This document shows, piece after piece, positions 6,264-11,528 of a stretch of 11,528 bases of DNA (position 1 is the stretch's first letter; every line of letters starts with the position of its first letter). The position numbers and the translations under genes are program-made. The stretch is from Promethearchaeota archaeon (GTDB lineage Archaea > Asgardarchaeota > Lokiarchaeia > Sigyniarchaeales > SOKP01), in NCBI GenBank assembly GCA_008080735.1, contig SHMW01000107.1, positions 1 through 11,528 on the forward strand. The letters are read 5' to 3'. The notes under the pieces are model-generated. The model had not been told where the DNA came from. It worked only from the letters and a program-made list of their open reading frames with translations, and did not search any database.

Positions 6264-7466
6264 GTGTCTGATCAAAGATACCCTGAAAATGTAGTAATAT
6301 GTATTGATACCTCTCGTTCGATGTATCGGAGTGATTATTCTCCCTCACGATTAGCGTGCAGTGTTAATGCCTTGAAAAAGTTAGTTTCAGAACGTTTATC
6401 CCTTGATCCTGCCACGTCATTTGCAATTGTCCGATTTTCTACAAATCCAGAAAAACTTCTAAATTTCAGTTCTGTGGAAAGTGAGATTTATAATACACTT
6501 GATTCCCTTAAAATTGAAGGAGAATCTGCTATGGGGGATGCTCTGGCAGTATCTATCAAGATGATCATAGAAGAATTACGAAAAGTCTCTGCCAAGCTTC
6601 CAAGGATCTTACTTATTTCAGACGGAAATTTTACGACGACCGCAGTTGATCCAATAAAGATGTCCAGACTGGCAAATGAATTAAATATCAAAATAGATAC
6701 ATTTCGATTAGGAGAAGCGAGTCATTTAAATATATTAAAGCGTCTCAGTGATGTATCTAACGGGAGATATTATTATATTAATGATACTCAGACTTTAAAG
6801 CAATCAGCTCTTGATTTTGCCCGGTCAAATCTTAAATCTTCTAGTTCAAAAGCCAAGAAAATAATTGAAAATCCCAAATTTCTAAGAAAAATTGCCGCAA
6901 ACCTATTAAGAGTCCAAGATCTTACAAAAGACGATGAACAAAGGATAAAGCATATTCGAGGGATGGCGGATTATAAAAAATGTTCTATTTGTTTTTCGGA
7001 TAGCGATCCTATTACAAAAGGTTCGTTTTATATCACAGGAAGATATTGTCCTAATTGTATGACTCCTTTTCATATCCATTGTCTCGCTGGCTGGGCCGAC
7101 TCACAAGATGAGCCTAAACTGAAGAGATCGGGAACTGTAAGATGTCCACATTGTTTTTACCTTCTAAAAATTCCCTCAGAAGTTAGCCAAGCTCAAAAGT
7201 TAAAGGTTCTTTCTGGTGGTTCGACAAATGTAGATATTGAATCTGGAGATAAAAAAGAAGTTATCGCCACTCAGAAAAAAACTTCAGAGTTGGGAGATGA
7301 AGCAATGTATAATTCTTGTCCGGTATGTAATATGATTTTTGAGGAAGACCAAGATATTGTAAAATGCGGTAACCCTGAATGCGGGACTCTTTATCATAAA
7401 GATTGTTTTGAAAAATTATATAACAAAATTTGTAAGAATTGTGGTTCAAAATTAGTATTGAATTAA
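6264..7466 (+). CDS. VWA-domain protein with two C-terminal C4HC3 RING-like zinc fingers (Ssl1/p44- and Rpn10-like VWA; putative E3 ligase)
   Basis: GTG start. MIDAS motif DTSRS (D15), then DYSPSRL and LLISDG. Finger 1: C240,C243,C262,C265,H270,C273,C294,C297 with W277. Finger 2: C352,C355,C368,C373,H378,C381,C390,C393. Confidence 0.9.
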   Translation: MSDQRYPENVVICIDTSRSMYRSDYSPSRLACSVNALKKLVSERLSLDPATSFAIVRFSTNPEKLLNFSSVESEIYNTLDSLKIEGESAMGDALAVSIKMIIEELRKVSAKLPRILLISDGNFTTTAVDPIKMSRLANELNIKIDTFRLGEASHLNILKRLSDVSNGRYYYINDTQTLKQSALDFARSNLKSSSSKAKKIIENPKFLRKIAANLLRVQDLTKDDEQRIKHIRGMADYKKCSICFSDSDPITKGSFYITGRYCPNCMTPFHIHCLAGWADSQDEPKLKRSGTVRCPHCFYLLKIPSEVSQAQKLKVLSGGSTNVDIESGDKKEVIATQKKTSELGDEAMYNSCPVCNMIFEEDQDIVKCGNPECGTLYHKDCFEKLYNKICKNCGSKLVLN

Positions 7467-7541
7467 ATTTTTTTAGGTAATTTTCTTTCTTAACTATCAT
7501 AAACTTATTATTAACTCAAGTAATCTGTAAAGAATAGGACG

Positions 7542-8417
7542 ATGCCGTTAGAAACTTATCAATATGGTGATTTTGAAATGGGGGTGGGGCATTTTGAACT
7601 TCCTCCAGTACTCATCGGAACAATTTTTTATGATGGGGAGACGATCCTTGAGAGAGACAATCCAGTAAACTTTAGTGAGGGCAAAGCTAAAAAGAGAATA
7701 GATAATCATTTTAAATTATCTTTAAAATATAAAATACCTGGATTGGTCGAATTATCTGCACCAGACCCCGAATCAATGAAAAAATATTTAGATTTTTATT
7801 TAGATAATTATGAACCTCCTTTTGTATTAGGAGGAACCTTTGAAGCAAGAAAGGCGGGAATAATCCATCTTAAAGAACGGGGAATAAAATCCAATCAATA
7901 TATTTACAACACAATTTCGAATCTTAAAAATAAAAAAGAACTTGATTTGTTAAAAAATAATAATATAGAAACCGTAGTTATTCTAATTCTGGGTTCAGAG
8001 AGTATGACCTCCACTCAGCGCTATAACTATCTTGTAAAAAAACGAGAGCCCTACAATGTGAATTTAATTGAAGGGATAAGACAATTAGGGGTTGATAAAA
8101 TCTGGATAGACGGAGGGGTTATTAATTTGGAATCCCTTGCTTATATTCTTGAAACACAACAACTTATAAGTGAATCTTTACAACTTCCTGTAGGAACTGC
8201 TCCCAATTTATTTCTATTTCAATATTCCTCTCCACGATTAAATAAAAAATTTCATACTAAATATCGGAGAGCAAGCATAATGTTTATTGCAACTTGGTAT
8301 TCAAATTTCATTTTTTATGGTGCAATAGAAGATGCCACTGAATGTTTTGCTTCAGCTTATCAAGCGTTAGAGTTTAGAAAAATATTGAAAGAGAAAAACA
8401 TAAAACTCTTAGAGTAG
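7542..8417 (+). CDS. mtrH: Divergent MtrH-family (tetrahydromethanopterin/tetrahydrofolate:corrinoid methyltransferase subunit H-like) protein
   Basis: PPVLIGTIFYDGETI (family PTVL.G.IFY..H.I), F...KAKKRI, ESMKKYLDF, IYNTIS, LPVG and NFIFYGAIEDA (family DF.LYGPIE.A). The 291 aa length fits the family. The symbol denotes family membership, not a proven Mtr complex subunit. Confidence 0.85.
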   Translation: MPLETYQYGDFEMGVGHFELPPVLIGTIFYDGETILERDNPVNFSEGKAKKRIDNHFKLSLKYKIPGLVELSAPDPESMKKYLDFYLDNYEPPFVLGGTFEARKAGIIHLKERGIKSNQYIYNTISNLKNKKELDLLKNNNIETVVILILGSESMTSTQRYNYLVKKREPYNVNLIEGIRQLGVDKIWIDGGVINLESLAYILETQQLISESLQLPVGTAPNLFLFQYSSPRLNKKFHTKYRRASIMFIATWYSNFIFYGAIEDATECFASAYQALEFRKILKEKNIKLLE

Positions 8418-8562
8418 ATATTTAAAACTAAATAGTTTTATATCAAAATTTATTTTTTACATGTATAAGAACAACATTTTAATATTATATTGGTTATTTT
8501 ACACTGGGTTTAAAATATATGTATCCAACCAAAAAATATTCTCACAGTATTAGGGGAAAAAA

Positions 8563-9702
8563 ATGATAAATCATCATGACCGGGAAGAAATTGAAATTGA
8601 AGCTTTGCGATTAATTGACAGGGCAGAAGATCTGGTAAATAAAGGAAAAGGAAAGGAAGCTATAGATCTCTATGAAAAAGCAGCCCAAAAATATCTTGAT
8701 TTGGGAAGCTATATGAAGCTTGATGAGCTTTTTATAAAGATCTCTACCATTATCTCCCGATTTAAAAATAATATTCAAGCTATGTATCGACTTAAATCGA
8801 TCATAAGAAAGACTGAAGAGCTGGATCTCTATGAAATCTCCGCAAAACTCTTGATGCAACTTGGTAACTTATCATATAGAATGAAGGATTATGAAACAGC
8901 GGGACAATCATGGAAAAAAGCATCAGATCATTTTTACAATATCGACCCAGATGAATATTATAATCTATCCTCTGAATTATTACTTCGAGCGGGTCAAGCG
9001 TTAGAACGCACAAGTACTAGCAAGGATGAGGGGGAGAGACTAATTTTAAAGGCTTTAATGAAAGTGAACAAATTCGATGAGCTCTATCATACCGAAGAGA
9101 AACGGGCACTCAAACTCCTAAATATGGAGCAATATGAACCGGCAGCGAAAAAATATCAAGATATTTCAAAATATTTTGAAAAAGCTATCGAAAATGTTGA
9201 CGATCTGATACAAGAGACCGATTATGTCGGAATAATGAAGAATGCAAAAAGTCGATTATTGCATTTAGCGGCAGAATATAAGGCTCTTGCAGCATTGAGC
9301 TTGAGGGCATCCAAAAATAGAGAATTCAATCCTCGTATTAAAACTATTGCTCATCATGCCATCAATTTGGCCCTCGATTCCATAACAATTCTTAAAGAAG
9401 TTTTGATCTCAAAAGGTTCAGAAAAAGATAAGGAGGATATTTTGAGAATCACCTTTGATACGCTTTTGATCAGTATTCTTCAAGAGATGCTTGGAGAGAA
9501 AAAAATTGAACCTATTGAATTTTTATTAGATAACTTCAATAAAAAGAATTCGACCCTAGTGAAACGAATAAAGAATTCCCCATTTTACAAACTAACAGAA
9601 AGAATTGAGAAGCTTGGAATTGAAGAAACATTAGACAGAGTGAAAGAGACCAAATTAGGACACCTTGATAAAGTCAAAGAAACACTAATATCTTATTTTT
9701 AG
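8563..9702 (+). CDS. Alpha-helical repeat protein, alpha-SNAP/TPR-like
   Basis: 379 aa, predicted all-helical. Repeated helix pairs KEAIDLYEKAAQKYLDLG, SAKLLMQLGNLSYRMKDYETAGQSWKKASDHF and YEPAAKKYQDISKYF. Purine-rich GGGG upstream of the ATG. Confidence 0.75.
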   Translation: MINHHDREEIEIEALRLIDRAEDLVNKGKGKEAIDLYEKAAQKYLDLGSYMKLDELFIKISTIISRFKNNIQAMYRLKSIIRKTEELDLYEISAKLLMQLGNLSYRMKDYETAGQSWKKASDHFYNIDPDEYYNLSSELLLRAGQALERTSTSKDEGERLILKALMKVNKFDELYHTEEKRALKLLNMEQYEPAAKKYQDISKYFEKAIENVDDLIQETDYVGIMKNAKSRLLHLAAEYKALAALSLRASKNREFNPRIKTIAHHAINLALDSITILKEVLISKGSEKDKEDILRITFDTLLISILQEMLGEKKIEPIEFLLDNFNKKNSTLVKRIKNSPFYKLTERIEKLGIEETLDRVKETKLGHLDKVKETLISYF

Positions 9703-9752
9703 ATGTTCTTATTGATTAATATCAAATTGAAAAGAAGAATAAAAGGTTTTAC

Positions 9753-9989
9753 TTATTCGAGCTCTCTTGAAAGGATATCCTTATAATTATTATCTCCTTT
9801 CGAGAGTGTTTTTTTATCTTCTTTATGATTTTTTTCTTCCATATCTAACAAATTCTTTGAGTTCTTCTCTCTCAAAAATTCTTTGAAGGTCACAACTAAT
9901 TTTCTAATATTCGGAAAAGGATCATCCGCCATTAACGGAAAAATAGTGTTATCCTCAACTTGATGACTTTTATTACTCACTTTTTTCAC
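9753..9989 (-). CDS. Small hypothetical protein
   Basis: 78 aa ORF, co-oriented with two upstream genes and convergent on 9702. The minus strand reads GGAAGGTGAAAAAAGTG, so GGTGA may be an SD and the real start the second GTG at 9980. No family recognised. Confidence 0.5.
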   Translation of the reverse strand: MKKVSNKSHQVEDNTIFPLMADDPFPNIRKLVVTFKEFLREKNSKNLLDMEEKNHKEDKKTLSKGDNNYKDILSRELE

Positions 9990-10129
9990 CTTCCAGATTC
10001 TCTATTCTCCAAAAATCTTTTCCTCTTATAAATTAGATGAGACGACAAATTTTCTGATTTATTCTCATACAGAATTTTATTAATTTTTTCTGATATAGGA
10101 TTGACTCCACATTTAACAAAATATGGAAG

Positions 10130-10450
10130 TTATTTTCCACGAGAGACTTCTTTCATGAGGATTTTTCTATATTCATCTTTAGTAAGTTTCCCATCTTTTT
10201 CTTCGAGAGAAAAAATATCGATTGGATATGCGCCTCCGTGGAAATTTAAAAATAAATTTATCAAGTTGGTGATGCTCACATACATTTCTTTGGAATCTTT
10301 ATATTTAAATAGAAGTTGAGTTAGTTGATCTATTATTTTGTATTTATACTTTTGATTCAGGCTACTCAATTTTTCCTGAGATTCTAACAACTTTAACTTT
10401 TCCAAATATTTTTCAACTAAATCTTGCTCAGAAGATGGCGTCTTTTTCAT
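10130..10450 (-). CDS. Hypothetical helical protein
   Basis: 106 aa ATG-start ORF with K/E/L-rich composition typical of the real genes here; no family recognised. Confidence 0.7.
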   Translation of the reverse strand: MKKTPSSEQDLVEKYLEKLKLLESQEKLSSLNQKYKYKIIDQLTQLLFKYKDSKEMYVSITNLINLFLNFHGGAYPIDIFSLEEKDGKLTKDEYRKILMKEVSRGK

Positions 10451-10504
10451 TATAAAAAATCATATTTGTTATTTGTCAAAATTAAATTATTTAAACAAAT
10501 ATAA

Positions 10505-10542
10505 TTTGGACTAAAAGGAGTTTGTACTAATCTTTGGACTGA
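10505..10542. repeat. Three imperfect 10-bp direct repeats (TTTGGACTAA)
   Basis: TTTGGACTAA 10505-10514, TTTGTACTAA 10521-10530 and TTTGGACTGA 10533-10542, in the intergenic gap. Confidence 0.6.
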
Positions 10543-10592
10543 AGTTAGGATTTTTTGAAAAGCAGAAATTTTGAGATATAAAAAATATAATT

Positions 10593-10931
10593 TTAGGAGA
10601 ATTGCAGGAGCAATTGATTATATTTGATCTTACTGATCTTACGAACACCATGCTTTCCAGAGCTGTATTCACAAAATATTAATTGAGCCTCTTCCAGCTT
10701 TTTAATTTGAGCAGAGATATTTGCTTCCGTCATATCTAATGTGGCTGCAATATTGGATACGTCCATAGGTCCTGCGCGAATGCATTGGAGGATCTGGCGT
10801 CTCGTTTTGGAAGAAAGGGCCTTCACAATTAACTCAATATGTTCATCTGATTCTATAACGAGCAAATCAGCATTATTTTCTAATAAACCTACCTCTAAAA
10901 TTTCACTTTCGGCTAATTCGTTAATTTCCAT
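10593..10931 (-). CDS. ArsR/SmtB-family winged helix-turn-helix transcriptional regulator
   Basis: KALSSKTRRQILQCI..GPMDVSNIAATLDMTEANISAQIKKLEEAQLI followed by the wing GKHGVRK is a typical ArsR-like wHTH. Confidence 0.9.
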   Translation of the reverse strand: MEINELAESEILEVGLLENNADLLVIESDEHIELIVKALSSKTRRQILQCIRAGPMDVSNIAATLDMTEANISAQIKKLEEAQLIFCEYSSGKHGVRKISKIKYNQLLLQFS

Positions 10932-11528
10932 AATTTTTTACATAACTCTTATCAAAAATTTTCATTACTTTAACAAATTTAGTAAGTAATTTTATCCTTT
11001 TATATGTTGGTTAAAAACTTTTGGATATTCATTTGTAAATTTTATTTATGAAATATAATAAATGATTACATAATTTACTCTAGATTACGATCCTATAAAT
11101 TACTTTTACGGCTCTTGAAATATATAAAGAAACGTTTGATTAAATTAAAATTGCTTAGACGGAAGGATATTAGACCTAATGACAGATTGGATGTATCTCG
11201 AGCTCAATATTTTCTAAAACTACTATAAAAATTAGCATTTTTTAGAAAATAATAATTCTGAATCCATTTTTTGGGATCAAAAAAATTTCAAAATTGTCGA
11301 ATTTTTTTAATATTTATAAAATAATTGATTAAATTGAACGTAGGAGCTCACCAGAATGAATATTGCCTAAAACACCTTTTGACTTTTCCACAAAGTTTCT
11401 TGAAATTATTAAAAAACATAAATTTGAGCCTATCTTTTTAATTATAATGATTAAATTAATAGAAAATAAATCAAGAACAATTTATTTGATTTTGAAAAAA
11501 ATTATATTTGATATATTAACATATGAGT

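Noticed and set aside
6488-7500. Minus-strand ORFs 6488-6691 and 7261-7500
   Set aside because: Antisense to the VWA-RING gene; no independent support.
8415-8417. TAG stop of the MtrH-like gene as possible pyrrolysine codon
   Set aside because: The protein is already full length for the family, and an in-frame TAG follows within a few codons in AT-rich intergenic sequence.
7542-8417. Evidence for methanogenesis or a full Mtr complex
   Set aside because: Only a divergent H-subunit homologue is present; no mtrA-G or mcr genes in the window.
8611-9013. Minus-strand ORFs 8611-8859 and 8801-9013
   Set aside because: Antisense to the 379 aa helical-repeat gene.
9990-10030. Upstream extension or fusion of the 78 aa ORF with the 106 aa ORF
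   Set aside because: In-frame TAG at 10004-10002 and TAA at 10028-10026 on the minus strand; no evidence of a frameshifted single gene.
10505-10542. Short repeats as a CRISPR remnant
   Set aside because: Repeats of 10 bp with 2-6 bp gaps do not fit CRISPR geometry, and no cas genes are present.
10101-10989. Plus-strand ORFs 10101-10319 and 10741-10989
   Set aside because: Antisense to the 106 aa ORF and the ArsR-type gene, which have more protein-like composition or clear motifs.
11523-11528. ATG AGT at the window edge as the start of the next gene
   Set aside because: Only two codons are visible, so it cannot be supported.

Overview
AT-rich, gene-dense prokaryotic window with 13 plausible CDSs. 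I found no RNA gene, CRISPR array or mobile element. The gene mix points to an Asgard archaeon, probably Lokiarchaeia-like (inference): an Arf/Rag-type small GTPase fused to a roadblock-like domain, RING-finger, SNAP/TPR-like and SDS22-type LRR proteins, and an MtrH-family methyltransferase. Housekeeping-type genes are a Zn-dependent MDR dehydrogenase, a flavoredoxin-type flavin reductase, a stand-alone divergent MtrH and an ArsR-type regulator. Two eukaryote-like proteins stand out. (1) 6264-7466 is a VWA + C4HC3 finger + C4HC3 finger protein whose domain order and several motifs parallel TFIIH subunit p44/Ssl1, with a FANCL-like first RING. (2) 4398-5603 is a helix-hairpin-helix + Rag/Gtr-like GTPase + roadblock-like fusion. 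All family calls come from motif reading and remembered consensus sequences; no database search was run.
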